Assembly: GCA_013239625.1 (NCBI GenBank)
Contig: MU053933.1
Coordinates: 868,001 to 932,000, forward strand
Reading direction: 5' to 3'
DNA length: 64,000 nt
Source of the DNA: Lama guanicoe
Lineage: Eukaryota
Position 1 is the stretch's first letter. Each line of letters opens with the position of its first letter. The position numbers and the translations under genes were made by a program. Below, piece by piece: positions 12,098 to 25,067 of this stretch. Under the pieces are notes generated by a model. The model had not been told where the DNA came from, did not search any database, and was given only the letters and a program-made list of their open reading frames with translations.

Positions 12098-13251
12098 GTG
12101 AGTTTATGAGCCCTTTCCTTCCCTTCACACGCACTTTTCCACCCACACAGCTTTGTGGAATGACACAAAACTCAGCAAGAAGCGTGCGGCTGGGACAGTG
12201 CAGCTGGCGTCTTTGCCGAGGCCCTACGGGTGGGGCCTTGGGGCTCCTGCTCCCAGACCTGAGGCCTGACGGTCGGCAGGTTTAAGGGCAAGCGTGGGAG
12301 AGTGCAGGCCCCTGGTCTGGGGCGGTGATGCACCCTGGCTGCCCCTGGTGAGGAGCGGGCGGCAGGCGGGCTGCACCCCAGCCTGCCGAGCCCCGGGGAG
12401 CCGGCCCTCTCAGCTGGCTCTGGCGGCCGCCATTCTGGGTGTCACACTGGAGGACTATTTTTAACTTCCTGCAAGCAGTGCTATCAAATTATGGCTGTGA
12501 CACTTAGTAAACATTTCTTCCGTTCTGACAAGGCGGCAGTGGGGATCAGAGGGGGCTGTGTGGGATCCCATTAAATGTTACACAGGGGGCAGCTTGTGTG
12601 TGCAAGAGGATCCTGGAGTTTCCTATGACCCTTGGGTCCAGAATCTTCTGCACAGAGGAATGTGAACCAGAGGAAGGCTGGGGGACTGAGCCAGAGTCTA
12701 GGAGACCGCATCTCAGAAACGGGCAGGGCTGTCCCGCCCGTGAACAGCTCAGCCGCACTGGGGCTCCGGGGCCCCCTTGGGGGCTGCCGTGAGCAGCAGT
12801 GAGTGCAGAGAGGAAGCCGTTCCGCTGCAGGTGAGACCGTGGCTGGCGTCAGCATCCGGGCCGCCGGATGACAAGGAGCAGGCGCTCCCCTGGCCACGCC
12901 TGTGGTCACGTCTGTGCTCGGTGCCCTGGGCTCTCGCTCCCTCTCTGTGACAACAGCTGCTGCCCATTGAGATTCAGCAAACAGGGTACCGGCTCCTCTG
13001 AACATAGCCTGAACCTCTGGGAAAGCGTGATTGAACTTACAAAACGTACCCCGGGGCAAGTTTAAAGGAGCAGTTTATGACTCTAACCCCAGCAGTGACC
13101 GCTCTGGGCGAGGAGGGTAGGCCGGCACCTGCTCGCCTTCCACTCAGGGCAGCACCCACGTGTGATGCGGGGTGCTAAGACTGCGGGGGCTCTCCCGGGG
13201 GCCCTGTCGTGCTTGCTAACCACCCCCCTCTCCCGGGTCTGTTCTCCACAG

Positions 13252-13325
13252 CCATGCTGCTGCTCTGCGGGGCCCTGGTCAGCGGGCCGTACGCGCTCAT
13301 CACCACCGCCGTCTCCGCCGACCTG
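13252..13325 (+). CDS. SLC37A1: SLC37A1 coding exon (74 nt), (A)MLLLCGALVSGPYALITTAVSADL
   Basis: gttctccacag acceptor, gtgagc donor; GPYxLITTAVSADL family motif. Confidence 0.97.
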
Positions 13326-14108
13326 GTGAGCGCGCGCAGCCCAGGCGGAGCGCACACGGCATGTCAGCCCCGTGGGGTTACAGGGCACAGGGGTGGGGGC
13401 GCTTCACCCACCGTAGGGGGTTCTTCCGGGTGCTCTATTTTATGCTATATGCCCACGCACACACAAGCGCTCGTACAAGCTTTGGTTTATTCTTACAGTT
13501 TTAGGCTCCTGGGCATTATTTTTCCTCATTCAGCTTTTCCTTTTATTGCTCTCAGTTTGTGTTTTCCCTCCACCTAATTTGTGTGGCTTTTTGAAAACCA
13601 GAGCTCCTGCTGGTTTTTCACGTGGAACTTCCGCCCCGTACGCAGGTTTCTTGGGCCCCGCCCCTCCTCCCTGGCGTTTACCGCCTCGCGGGCTGATTTT
13701 TAGACGCTGCAGAGCCGCCAGAGAGCGTCCCCAGCAGAGCCATGGCCGCCGGCGCACACGCCGGCCCTGCCAGGGACCCGGCGAGCCCCACTCTCCTTGT
13801 GGTTTCCGCGTTGATCTCCGCGTCGTGAAGAGGGTGGCTGTGCCGAGTAAAGATTTATTGAGGAGAATTTTAAGAGTTCTCTTAACTGGAATATGTTTGG
13901 ACAAGTATTTCTGTTCATTTTTTTAAATATTAAAAACACGTGAAACTTGGCACATTTGGGATGGCGTGGAGCTTGAATCTTCTGATGGAAGTACCCCACG
14001 CCTTGCTTTACGAAGCAGTTTGGGTAAATCGTCATGTAGAAGACACAGGTCAGTTCTCACTCTGATGTTGCGGGGACGTGTTTCACACTGGCTTTCTCTC
14101 TCCTCCAG

Positions 14109-14187
14109 GGGACTCACAAAAGCCTGAAAGGAAACGCGCACGCTCTGGCCACCGTGACCGCCATCATCGACGGGACTGGGTCTGTAG
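14109..14187 (+). CDS. SLC37A1: SLC37A1 coding exon (79 nt), GTHKSLKGNAHALATVTAIIDGTGSV
   Basis: ctctctcctccag acceptor, gtgtgt donor; TVTAIIDGTGS family motif. Confidence 0.97.
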
Positions 14188-14482
14188 GTGTGTGGGGGTT
14201 TTTAGCCTCAGAGGTTAACTGTGGTCGGAGGGGAGGCCGCGTCAGCACGTCCTAATTGTCCACATTAACGGATGCCCAGGGTCATGGTTGCTTTGGCCAT
14301 TCTAGGACTGGCTGGCCTTCTTAAAATACAAGCAGATCAAAAGCACGTAGAAACCCAGGGGACACAGGCAGGTGGCACTTTGGTCCTCTTTGGTCGGATG
14401 GCTCCAGAGGAGGAGTGGGCGTGTGGCCAGAAGGATAGGTTTTCCTTGGTGTGAAAGGACGGTCCGCAGGTTTTCATCTGAG

Positions 14483-14515
14483 CCAGTGGTTGGCAAACTA
14501 TGGCCCACGGGCCGC
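14483..14515 (+). mobile_element. MER58-like hAT terminal fragment
   Basis: cagtggttggcaaactatggcccacgggcc resembles the MER58 5' terminus. Confidence 0.45.
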
Positions 14516-17500
14516 TGAGACACTGACTGTTTGTCACTGTCATTCCAACGAGGACAGCATCTTACTCAAACATGAATGTCAGGTAAACTGCTGGGTCCTG
14601 AAGCAGACAAGATGCCCATCTTTCCAGCCCCTGAAAGGGTCTTGGAGGGGACGCGGTAGCATATTCTGGAGGAAAGAAAGGGGGTGAAATGAACATCTCA
14701 CCCCCTTCCCGTCCCCGAGCTGGGCGGCCGGGACCTGGTACCCAGCAAGCCTGTGCTGATCAGTGAGTCTGAAGGCTGACAGCAACGTCTTTGACTGTTC
14801 CCAGCCTCACTTGAGGAGCAGGTGCACTGGGACAGCTTGGCTCTGCCTGCATGAGCCCTGCCTGCCCGGCCCTGTGTTGTGTGCTGGCCCCTCTCTGGAG
14901 ACGTGGGACCTGAAGCTCGGGGGGCCGCCTGCTGTGCCCCCCACGGCTGCTCGGGAGGCTCTTGGGTGGCACGCTGGTGTGTCCCTGCTGCCCCAGGCTC
15001 CTGACGCAGGGAGGCAGTGAGAGAGCAGGCAGGCCAGGTGGGGAGGGCCCTGGGTCTGGAGCAGCTCAGAGCAGGGAAACCCAACGCTTGCCAGACGACG
15101 GCGGGTCTGTGGCGCAGGTCCCCCCGAGCCGGCCTTCAGGCTCTCCTTCTGCACCACGAGATGCCTCTGTCCCGTCTTCCCGAGGCCCATCATCCGAGCC
15201 GCGTAGAAGCAGCCCCGGTCCACTTCTAGACGCCCACTGCTGTCTGACTGATGCCGGGACTGAAGTCCTCCCCCCAACCCTGCTCTCCTCCTGCCACCGC
15301 CACCCGGCCTCCCGGCTGCTCCCCAGAAACTCGAGCCTGGTCCCCACGGGCCTCAGCTCGCTTCCCCCCACCACCCTCGTGCTGAGGGAGGGGCTCCACC
15401 CACAGAGAGTCTTCACCCAGGTATCAGCCTCTCACTGGGACCCCTCACCCACCCCGTTTGGGTGCGTGGATGCTCCCCACGCAGGCTCAGGGCCTCTCCT
15501 CTGGTCCACTGTCCTCCAGGCACCATCCTCCTGTCTGTCTTGTGCTGTCCTCTCTCCCTGCAGCTGAGTGGAAGCCCCGCAAGGACAGGAGTGATTTTGT
15601 TCTCTGCTGTGTTCTCAGCACCAAGGGGGAGCCCGGGACAGAGCAGATGCTCAGGAGGAGGGTGAGAAGGGAACTGCCTGGCAGCCCTGAGACACAGGAC
15701 TCGCCCACAGGCCAGGCAGCTGGTCTGTTGTCCAGCTACTGGGTTCCCGGGTGAGGGCCCAGGTCACAGAGGCCCTGGGCGACCCAGTGCCCACCCGGCT
15801 CGCCAGGACAGGCCTGCCCGCCTGGGGTGGCGGGTACCCCAGTCCCTGCTGGTGCCACACTATTAGCGAGAAGTTTCCCCAGCCTGGAAGCCGCACAGCA
15901 GGGGGAGCCCTGGGCCGAGCACGGTTCTCGTGGGCTCTGGAAGGGACATTTCTCTCTGCTTCTATCCCACACAGGCCTGTCTGTGGGTCAGTCCAGCTCC
16001 CGCTAAGAAACCCTTTTCTTAAAGCAAATTTGGAGCTTGGCTGGCGGCCCTGATTGCATTTTAAAGCAGATGAGTGGGGGTTAAAATGAAGGAAAGTATG
16101 AATTAGGGGAAAAAACACATTTTTCTTGATACTTTTCTCAGAGCTAGAGGGAAGCAGAAGTCCGTGGCTCAGGGTGTCCTGCGTCTGTAAACGGGGCGGG
16201 CCCCGAGCCGGTGGGGGGGGCACGACCCCCAGCACCTTCCACCCCCATGGAAGCCGGGCGGCTCAGCCCCTCTGACCTCTCCGGCGGCCGTCGGGGAAAC
16301 GGCCTGTTTCTCTGCGGGAGCGCTGCCCAGCTGGTGGAAGCAAAGCCGGGCTCAGGTGGAAACACACGCAGTTCCCGCAAAGCTGCTGTTCACCGGGGAG
16401 TTCGCCCGCCGTGTTTATTAAGTATTGGAAATGCCGGTTTCGATGGAGGCGAAGCTTGACTAACTGTAAATAAGCCAGTGCCCTCTCGCAAGTCACCAGG
16501 GCCAGCCGGTCCCGGTGACACAGGTTTATCTGCTGGGCGCCTTCGTGGGATTAGAGCCGCGCCTCCGCGGCCGCAGGGCTTGCTGGCTCCATGTTTATGC
16601 AGAGCAGTTAGAGAGCCCGGAACTTCTTCAAGCTCATTTTCATTTTATCAAAGCAAAGCATAACGTAACTTTAGAAACCAGATAGACGTCAAAACTTACC
16701 ATAATGCAGAATGGCATTCCCGCCCCCGCCCCCACACTGCCGGCTGTGCTCTCTCGTCTCCTCCATGCACGGTCACACGTTTCTTGACCTTCCGTGTTGT
16801 CCTCCTGGTGAGGAAGGTGCGGCCTCTACTCCGTGCCCGTCGGCTCCTTCACCACCCTGGCTCTTTAATGTCGCTCTCTCTTGAGCCAAGAAATAAACCT
16901 TAACTACGCATCCTTATCATGCACATTTTTGTTTTTCTCCAAAATATTGAATGCTTCACCTGCCCTTTGGTTGGCATTTCTGTCACAGCTGCCCCTTCCT
17001 GTCCACCGCAGCCACGTGCCGCCCGGCTTCACTGTCACCTGCTGTGCGGCCCTCATCCCAGAGCTGCTGTCACACCGCAGCTTGTGGATCCCTTCCGTCT
17101 CCCCCTGCAGTGGACCCCTCCTCGCCAGGTCCCGTGTTCACAACTCCTCTTTGGTGGGAAATGTCTTCTCGTGGCTTCCTGAGTAGTGGGTTGCAGGACA
17201 TAGCCCGTGAGCGCTGGGGAGCACTGGGAAGGGGTCTGGATTCAGCTCTCGCCTGGTGGATAGTCTGTCTGGATCTGGAGTTCTAGGTTGAAAGTCCTTT
17301 TTCTTCCAAATTCCAGTGTCATCCAGCTCCCACCTCCACCACGGAGAGCCCCACTGTCATCCTCGGCCAGGCCTCCGCTTGTGACCTCTGGCCCCTGCTC
17401 TCTTCCCTGGGAGACCCCCAGGCTCACCTCTCCGCCTCTGAGGCTCCCCCTCGTCCCTGCGCCCCGGGCACCCGGGGGCCCGCCCCGTCTGGAAACACAG

Positions 17501-18302
17501 GCCCTCCATCCCTGGGACGTGCGCCCTGTCTTCTCTTTGACAGGTTTCCCTCCCTGTTTTTGTCTTCTGGAAAATTGATCCTTCAGTTTTCTGTTTTCCT
17601 TGCCTGCCTGAGTCTTTGTTCTTTTCCTGAGCTTTCTCAAAGATGCTCCTGGCTTCGCCTTCCAGCCTCTGTACTGAGCCTTTTGTTTTAGCTGCCGTCA
17701 TTCGTGCTCGTTAGTGTCTCTGCGCTCTGAGTGCATCCTGCTCTTTCTTCTGGGATCAGTGTGTGTGAGGCTGAGTCACGAGAAGTTGCTGATGCTGGAC
17801 TGGATTTCGGATGCAGGAGCGGGAGTCTCCCGTGGTTCAGCCTGGTTTCCCGTCAGTTCTCTGGGGCTGTTGCACTTTGCTGGGAGTTTTCTTCTCCCCA
17901 GTTTGTTCATTTTCTGCAGGTCCCCCTCCTCCCAGATTGTTCACATTTACCTTGAGGCTTTCCTCAGACGCAGGTGGATCTCAGCCATCCCCTCATATGT
18001 TTGCATTTAAGACTGAGCTGCTAAGCACTTATTAGAAGCCTTTTCCGCATGGGAGGCATGTCAGTTGCATGTCTCTGGGGTCCGGCTCGGGTCTGGAGGA
18101 GGAGCCCCCCAGTACCCACGGGTGGTGTGCACCTAACGGCCAGCATCCTTGCCGTCATGGGAGGGGCTGCCTGGTGGAAGCTGGTGTCCCTCCCTGTTCT
18201 CCCCGTGCTCGGTGGTGCCTCGTGCCCATCCTGCACCGAGCTTGGAACCCCTGAGCCCAAAGCCTCTGGTGCAGACTCTCCCAACAGCTAAGGTTCTGCT
18301 CC

Positions 18303-18397
18303 CCTGGGGTCGGGGAGGGGTGGTCCTGGGGTCTGGGAGGGGTGGTCCTGGGGGAGTGATGTGGTAGAGGAGGGCCCTGGGGTCGGGGGGTGGGGGC
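18303..18397 (+). repeat. Short G-rich 22-bp tandem repeat (cctggggtc[g/t]gggaggggtggt x2 plus partial copies), G4-forming potential
   Basis: Units at 18303-18324 and 18325-18346, further partial copy near 18376. Confidence 0.7.
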
Positions 18398-18979
18398 ACG
18401 TCTCATAGTTCATTATAAGAGGCTTTCGGCCAGATCTGTTTCATTCTACTGCCCACCCTCCCCTGCCTCATGCTATGGGCAGCCTGGCCCTGGGCAAGGA
18501 GGGCCAGAGTGCATCAGTCGTGCCCTTTAGATCTCATCCACACAAACAGTGCCTTCCCTCAGGTGCTCTCTGTCTGCAGGTTTTAGTTTTTATTCAGTTA
18601 TGGTCCATTTTGTGGTGTTCGGGGGCTGTAGAGCTAAGCACGTGTGAACGGTCTACTGTGTTTACCAGGGAGCCCTTCTGTGATTACAAAAAAACACGCA
18701 GATGCTTCTCAGATTATAAAAGTAGTACGTGCCCTTTGTAAACACTGCGGACAGCGTTAGTGCGTCCCAAGCAGGAAGGGCCGTGCTGGCCCTGCTCTCG
18801 GAGGTGAGACCTCGGTGCGTGACTCGGCGTGAATTTTCACACTTCTCACTGCCAGTGGCCCACCCGGCACGTGCACCACAGCTCATTCCAGTCCCTCGTG
18901 GGAAAACAGCCCCACTGCTGCGACAGACATCCCTGAACAGGTGTCTTTGGGTATTTTGAGGAACATTTCTTTCGTTTGT

Positions 18980-19400
18980 TTTTATAGTTTTTTTAAGACA
19001 TCATTTTGACATAATTTGAGACTCACAAAATGGTTGCAAAAATAGTACAAAGAATTCCCACTTGTTTTATCATTCCCCCTTTCTCCCCCTTTCCCTGCCT
19101 CCCTCTCTCTCACACACACGCGCACACACACACATATACTATGAATATGCACATGCATTTTTTCCCAAACCACGTAAGAGTACGTTGCAGACATTCTGCC
19201 CCTTACCATTAGCTGTGTACTCAGTGTGTGTTCCCTGAAGACAAGGAAGTCCTGATGTGACCGCAGCACAGCTGTCAGAAGCAGGAAGTTAACGTTGATA
19301 CAATATTAGTATCTACAAGCCTCACTCATATTTTACTAAATATTTTTATAGCATAAGAATATCTAAGACTGTGTATTAGATTCAGATTACTTTAGAACCA
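18980..19400 (-). mobile_element. L1MC-type 3' end, antisense
   Basis: aatttgagactcacaaaatggttgcaaaaatagtacaaagaattccc ... agtacgttgcagacat ... gaagttaacgttgatacaatatta. Confidence 0.7.
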
Positions 19401-19688
19401 TTTTTAATGGGATTGTTGGAGCAAAAGGGTGAAAGTTTTAATGTCGACAAGTTTTTAGATCGGCTTCCTAAAACCCTGTTCCAGTTTTGCCCTCACCGGC
19501 ACCAAGTGCCAGGCTTTTCACCCCTCACCAGTCTGATGGCTGAGAACGCGGGTTTCCCGGTTAGCTTGTTTCTTGCGTTTTGAGTCAGGCGTGGCGCTCC
19601 GCTGTGTGTTTGCGGGCCTGGGTGTCTCGGGTGACCACGTCCCAGAGTCCTCCTCACCAGGAACCGCGTGTCGTCTGTCTCGCTGCAG

Positions 19689-19786
19689 GGGCAGCCCTGG
19701 GCCCGCTGCTGGCCGGGCTCATCTCCCCGTCTGGATGGAGCAACGTGTTCTACATGCTGATGTTCGCAGACGCCTGTGCCTTACTG
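19689..19786 (+). CDS. SLC37A1: SLC37A1 coding exon (98 nt), (G)AALGPLLAGLISPSGWSNVFYMLMFADACALL
   Basis: tctgtctcgctgcag acceptor, gtaagc donor; matches SLC37A1 C-terminal TMs. Confidence 0.97.
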
Positions 19787-21339
19787 GTAAGCAGCTCGCT
19801 GGCGGCGCAAGCAGCTCCCGTGAGTGTCTCTGTGGCTGTTGCCCCACCGCTCCCTCCCGCGGACTCCTGCAGGTCTCAGGGAGTCCGGCCTGTCACACTC
19901 CCAGGGACCCTAAATGTTTGAGGTCCAAGGCCCTTTCTCCTTCTGGTCTAAACAGACGTCCGAAGCAGCAGCAGGTCAGCCTGCCGCCCTGTGGTTCCCA
20001 GCAGCCTGGTGGCAAGGGCACAAACGGGGGTGCCCTGCCTGGGACCCTGAGCCTGTCGGCTGTCCCGTGCGAGTGCCCCTCTGTTCCACAGCGTCCACGT
20101 GTTAAGTGGGCAGAGTGCTGGCCCGGTGACGGGATGACTGTGGGAGTTAAAGGGGACAGCGCACTGAAGCTGGCCTCCGAGACAGTGCTGCTCCTGCCCC
20201 CACATCCTCCTGTCCCCAAGCGGCCACACGGGGGGAGCGGCCGACTGCCCACGCCCCAGGGGCCGGGAGAGAGAGGTGGGGCTGAGGCTGCCCACGTGGC
20301 ACCAGGCCCCTCCGTCCTCTGGATCCTACTTCCCATCCCTCCTGCGTGAGACGGTGGGAGGTTTCCCTCGGATGCAGAAGACCGGTGCTGATGGCACAGT
20401 CACGCAGTGGCCACTAGAGAGCGGCCACCACGCCCTCGCCCTGACCAGTCACCCCGCACGGGGCCCCAGACCTGAAGTGAGGCCTCCTCTCTCTTCCCCG
20501 GGAAAACCTAACCTGGATCCCAGGCAGAGAGTCAAGGACTTGGGAAATAACAGCTCCATCAATTAAATGAAAGTTTTGTATCGATAGTCCGGGCAGCCCT
20601 ACAACGCAGCTCCCCCGACTTCATACAGAATCAAACACCAACTCCCAGCGTGCAGACCTGTTAGGTTTTGAAAGTGGCTTCCCAGTTAAGTCCCCGGTCA
20701 CCTGCACTAGGTAGCGGTGAGACCTCCGTCAGGGTGGCTGCTTAAAGACAGAAACGCTCCTGTTTCAGGAGCAGCAGGTAACACATACGTTAACCTTCCT
20801 TGTAACACACAGTCAGACTTGTAAGAAAGGAGGGGTGGCCCCCGGACCCAGAAACCTAGAGGCAACGTGAAATAGTCCCCACGCTGATGCTGGAGCAGCC
20901 GGGGAGGGGTCGGCCTCAGGAACTGAGGGGCCGGGTGCTGCAGGCCCGGGAGCAGGAGACGGGGGTCTGGGCTGGCGCAGGACGGGGAGCCGCAGGAGCA
21001 GACCCACCTCCTCGTCGAGGCAGGCCCCTGGGGCTCTGCGTGCGCTGGCGCGGAGCCGCTGCACGTGGCGCAGAGGGGAACCAGGGTCTTCGCCGATCGC
21101 CAGACTAGGGGCGGGGGGACCTCCCCTGCCTACAGTGAGCTTTCACTTCTAACTTACGTTATGCAAATATTACATGACATGCACCAAAATCGGGTAATAC
21201 TGATCCTGGAGTGGTGCTATATCTGGGTCTTAGGCAGAAGCAAATCCCAAACCATTTGAGAGGGACAAACCTCAGCCCAGCTGCACAGAGTCCCACAGCT
21301 GACAGTGCCCCCAAGGATGAGCTCCCAGCCCCACCCCAG

Positions 21340-22030
21340 GTCAGGAAAGAGCAGGAAACAGGCTGTGGTGATGGGGTGGCAGACAGAACCCGACCCCCAG
21401 AGCAGCAGGTAAAAGGGTTATCAGATGAGCCGTAAAAATAAACACATCCAACATAATGAAGATGTCAGAGAAGCGACTGAACTCTTCATGAGAAAAGAGC
21501 AAGAAGTAAAGAGGACCGAGCTGGAGAGAGATGGACATAAGGAAGCGATCCGGGGTGCAGCCCAGAAACAGGAAGACAGGAAACACTAGGCAGCAGGTGG
21601 AGAGCGGAGGCCCAGAGAAGCCGGTCCAGCGCCGTCCGGGGGGGCTCCAGAGGGGGAAGCTGGGGAGACGGGGCCGGAAGCGACAGTAGAAGAGAAGAGA
21701 GCCGAGGACGAGAGCCACGTGGAGGAGGCGGGCAGATGTGACGGGGCGGGCCCAGCAGGACTGTGGCCCGGCTGCCTCGCGGTCCCAGCAGACCACGGAC
21801 CGGCTGCGAAGACCCGGCTCCAGGTGTTTACAGGACACATGATGAAATGTCAGAATCAGAAGGGACAAAAGGAAAAGAGTGGAAAACTGTATAACAGGCA
21901 GACAGTCACTTGGAGGCCTTCAGACTGGCTGGGTCAGGTGAGAGGGACTGAAGCCAGTCACACCACGAGAGGCGAGGTCACCTGGTCGGCAGGCGGCCCG
22001 CCAGTGCCAGCGAGGACAAGCCTTCTCAGC
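21340..22030 (+). mobile_element. Probable highly diverged L1 ORF1-region remnant
   Basis: Strong A/G skew with L1-ORF1-like words (ctccagagggggaag, gaagagaagagagccgag, gacacatgatgaaatgtcagaatcagaag, cagactggctgg). Confidence 0.4.
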
Positions 22031-23633
22031 CTTGCAGCCCAGGCACGCCCTCTCTTCACGGTCGCCTGACCGGTTTCCTCTCCTTCCAAGTCCGAGGCGG
22101 ACCTCAGTGAAGCCGGCGGGTCAGGCCTGCGCAGCGGGGCGCGTGCTCACACCAGGGGCCGTGCCCTCCGGTCCGCAGCCCCCTCCAGCTCACGTCAGCA
22201 CAGGCTGCAGCCCCCACCATGGGGGCACCTGGGCGGCGCTGCGCACAGGCAGCCACTTGTGTCAAGTCTTAGACGTTGGTCCTTCAGAGGTGTCGCTGCC
22301 TCTCAGTGTCCCCCAGGCCCTCAGGGAACACTCGCTTTTTCCTCCCTCTTTTCCCTCCTCCTGGGATCTGCCTCCTGTAACCATGGGCTCACCCCGCGAG
22401 CGCTGGTCACTCACTGCACGTGGTGGAGCTTGTGTTGAGGGGACACCAGCTCAGCTTGGCCTCGGCAGCTCGGTACGGGCAGCTGAGCTGGAGGTTCACA
22501 TCTGCGTGGTCAGCTGATTAAAGCAACGTGACTCTCCCACCAGCACCGCTCACAGCAGCGAACAGGCCCCCACCAGCACTGGGGCTGTGGCTGCGGCTGC
22601 AGGGGCCCCGCGCGCAGCCAGGCGGCGCCTTCCCCGCGGGAGAAGCACCCGCTCTCTGGACAGCGTCCGTCACACGAGGGCAACGCTCCCCCTGAGCCTC
22701 GCGCATCTAAGGACTCGTGTCTGCCTTGCAGAGCTGAGGCCTGCGCTGTGCGGCCCCTCAAACCTCTGCTCGGCAGCCCCACCGCCTTGGGCCTCTCCGG
22801 GCCCCGGGCTCCCTCGGGCCCGAGGGTACCTGCAGCTATCTAAGAATCGGGGCCACCAGAGCCAGACCTCCCTCGGGAGCCCCGAGGCTCTGCACGCGAT
22901 GGGGGAGCCCTTCTGGGGGCTGCGGCCGCGCCGGGGGAGGACCAGGTCTACAGCTGCAGTGACACCGGGCGATGCTTCCCCGCTGTCTGCACGCAGCCCC
23001 TCAGCATGGGAAGGAGCAGAAGGGGAGGAGGACTGCTCCCCGACGGGGAGGCAGGGCTGCTCTGGGCTTACTCGAGGCCCGGGGCGAGCGGCAGGCCCTG
23101 GGCCGGCGGGGGCGCTCTCCCAGGAGCTTCCCAGTGACACAGAGCTGCTCCCACGACCGCCCTCCAGCCTCCTGGTGCCGATGGCTGGTGAGCGCTCGCC
23201 TGGCCTTCGGAGCCACGTGGCAGCTCCCATGTGTCACCACGACTGTGGGCCACCTTGTCCTTACTCTCTGTCTCTTTGCCGCTTGGACATTTTATGATTG
23301 GACTGGTTTCATTTTAAACATTACTTGAACACAGAGGTCATTCTGGCTGCAGTCTGTCCTGACGGCCTTGTTTCCGGGAGCACGACCCCGGGGGTGACGC
23401 AGGGGACCTAGTGAGCAGGGTGCTGCTCGGGGACCAGGCCCTGGGGCTGGGCGAGGCTCCCACCGCTCAGCTTTAGGGTTTCGGTCTTTGATGTGCTGAA
23501 GAAGAGGCCCCTCTGAGGGGCACCCCCCCACGACCCGGGAGATCTGCAGACATGGTGAACATGAGCGCCGAGCTGGGTGGGCGTCGCAGGTGCAGGGCAG
23601 GCGCTCAGGGCCTCGTCTCTGTTCTGGGTGCAG

Positions 23634-23698
23634 TTCCTGATCCGCCTCATACACAAGGAGCTGAGCTGCCCAGGGCTGGCGACTGGAGACCAAGTTCC
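23634..23698 (+). CDS. SLC37A1: SLC37A1 penultimate coding exon (65 nt), FLIRLIHKELSCPGLATGDQV(P)
   Basis: ctctgttctgggtgcag acceptor, gtaagt donor; matches human FLIRLIHKELSCPG..TGDQVP. Confidence 0.96.
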
Positions 23699-24037
23699 GT
23701 AAGTCCTGCCCCTCGCCTGCCTGCCTCCCCGGGGTCCCTGTCAACGGTGGCTCCCTCCCCCGTGTTCCTCTCCCACTGAGCCCGGGTTGGCTGTGATCCC
23801 GGCTGTCTCTCCTCAAACTCTGAGTGAAAACATGTGAGGGAAGCTGCCTCCTTTGTTCTCCTCAGACAGCGAGCGCCCCCAGCCCAGCCTGGCTCTGCCC
23901 CGCCCTGTGTCCCCTCCTCCCCTCTGTGCCCTGCAGGCTGTGGGGGTGGGAGGACCCGGGAACCGGCACTTGGTGGGGACCTGCGCCCGCGTGGCTGCGG
24001 GCTGAGTGACAGCCACCGCCTTGTGCTCTTCCTCCAG

Positions 24038-24053
24038 GTTTAAGGAGCACTGA
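24038..24053 (+). CDS. SLC37A1: SLC37A1 last exon coding part, (P)FKEH-stop
   Basis: ctcttcctccag acceptor; G TTT AAG GAG CAC TGA completes the frame (834 nt of CDS in window). Confidence 0.93.
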
Positions 24054-24744
24054 CCACCGAGTCCCGTGGAGGGAGGCTGGGCCCGTCCTTCACAAACTGT
24101 CTTTCAAGGAAAAGTTTTCAAATAAAGGATCCTCTGTTGAAAAGAATGACTTACCTTTGCCTTTTGCACATTCACCTGGAAAAGACACAAAAGCCACCTC
24201 GGGAGCGGCTGGTACTATTTCAGCCGAGCCGCGGGGCTCAGGGCCGCGGTGAGGAAGGCGGTGAGCAGTGCGGCGCCGCCCCGCAGCCCGACGAGCGGGC
24301 CCCTGGCGCCCGGGCAGCAGTTCTGCCACAGCCGGTGACACGGCCGGACTGGTGGGCGGCACTCGGGTGAGCCTCACTCCCCCTGGTGTTCCGGTGTGAA
24401 TGTCTGAGCCGGGGGGCGCTGTAGGTGGGGGAGTGCAGGCAGCAAAGAGCCTGCCTCTCCAAGGACCCAGGACACAGACAGCCATCAAAACCCCCATGGC
24501 CTCACCTGGAAGACGTCCAGCACTTCCTCCTGCCCTGCAGCCACCTGGAAACGGTCCGGAGTGAACTGCGGTGAAGCCAGCCAAGCCCGCGGACGGGCTG
24601 GAGGATGGAGCGGCAGCCCCGGACACCCCAAGGTTCCGAACGCCCGAGCCCCAAGGGCCACGATGCCCCTGGCCCCGTGCGGGGTCGCGGGGAGGCCACC
24701 GGGAGGCCGCGGGGAGGCCGGCTCGGGGCTGGGAGTGGCCGGTG

Positions 24745-24769
24745 CCCGGCCCGGCCCGGCCCGGCCCGG
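24745..24769 (+). repeat. (CCCGG)5 pentanucleotide microsatellite in 3'UTR
   Basis: cccggcccggcccggcccggcccgg read directly. Confidence 0.9.
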
Positions 24770-25061
24770 CCGTCTGCCTCCTCCCAGGCCCCACACAGAC
24801 CTGGGACTGTCCTTGGCTCCACGGCCCTGGTGCAGATTGGTTTCTCGAAGTGTGTGCGGTGTTACGGAAGCTTAAGAAACCCAAGTGGCATCTTGCTATT
24901 TATTAAGACAAACTCCGATTGTCCTCTGGCCACTTGTTTTCTTAGTTGTTGCCTCAAAAAACACCTGCTCTTTGAAATAAAATGTTAAAAAAAAAAAAAC
25001 TCAAGCAGAATGTTGGTTATTTCTGCTCACATTTCCATTATATTCAAAAACAAAACTTCCA

Positions 25062-25067
25062 AATAAA
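25062..25067 (+). terminator. Probable distal polyadenylation signal of SLC37A1
   Basis: AATAAA with downstream GU/U-rich tract. Confidence 0.6.

Noticed and set aside
19573-20349. 258-aa ORF overlapping an SLC37A1 exon
   Set aside because: Alternative frame running through intron; the true exon is 19689-19786
24090-24884. 264-aa antisense ORF over the SLC37A1 3'UTR
   Set aside because: Low-complexity product of a GC-rich UTR, no domain or splice support
24976-24999. AATAAA plus A13 as a retrocopy tail
   Set aside because: The gene has intact introns and the UTR continues to another AATAAA; a genomic A-tract is the simpler explanation
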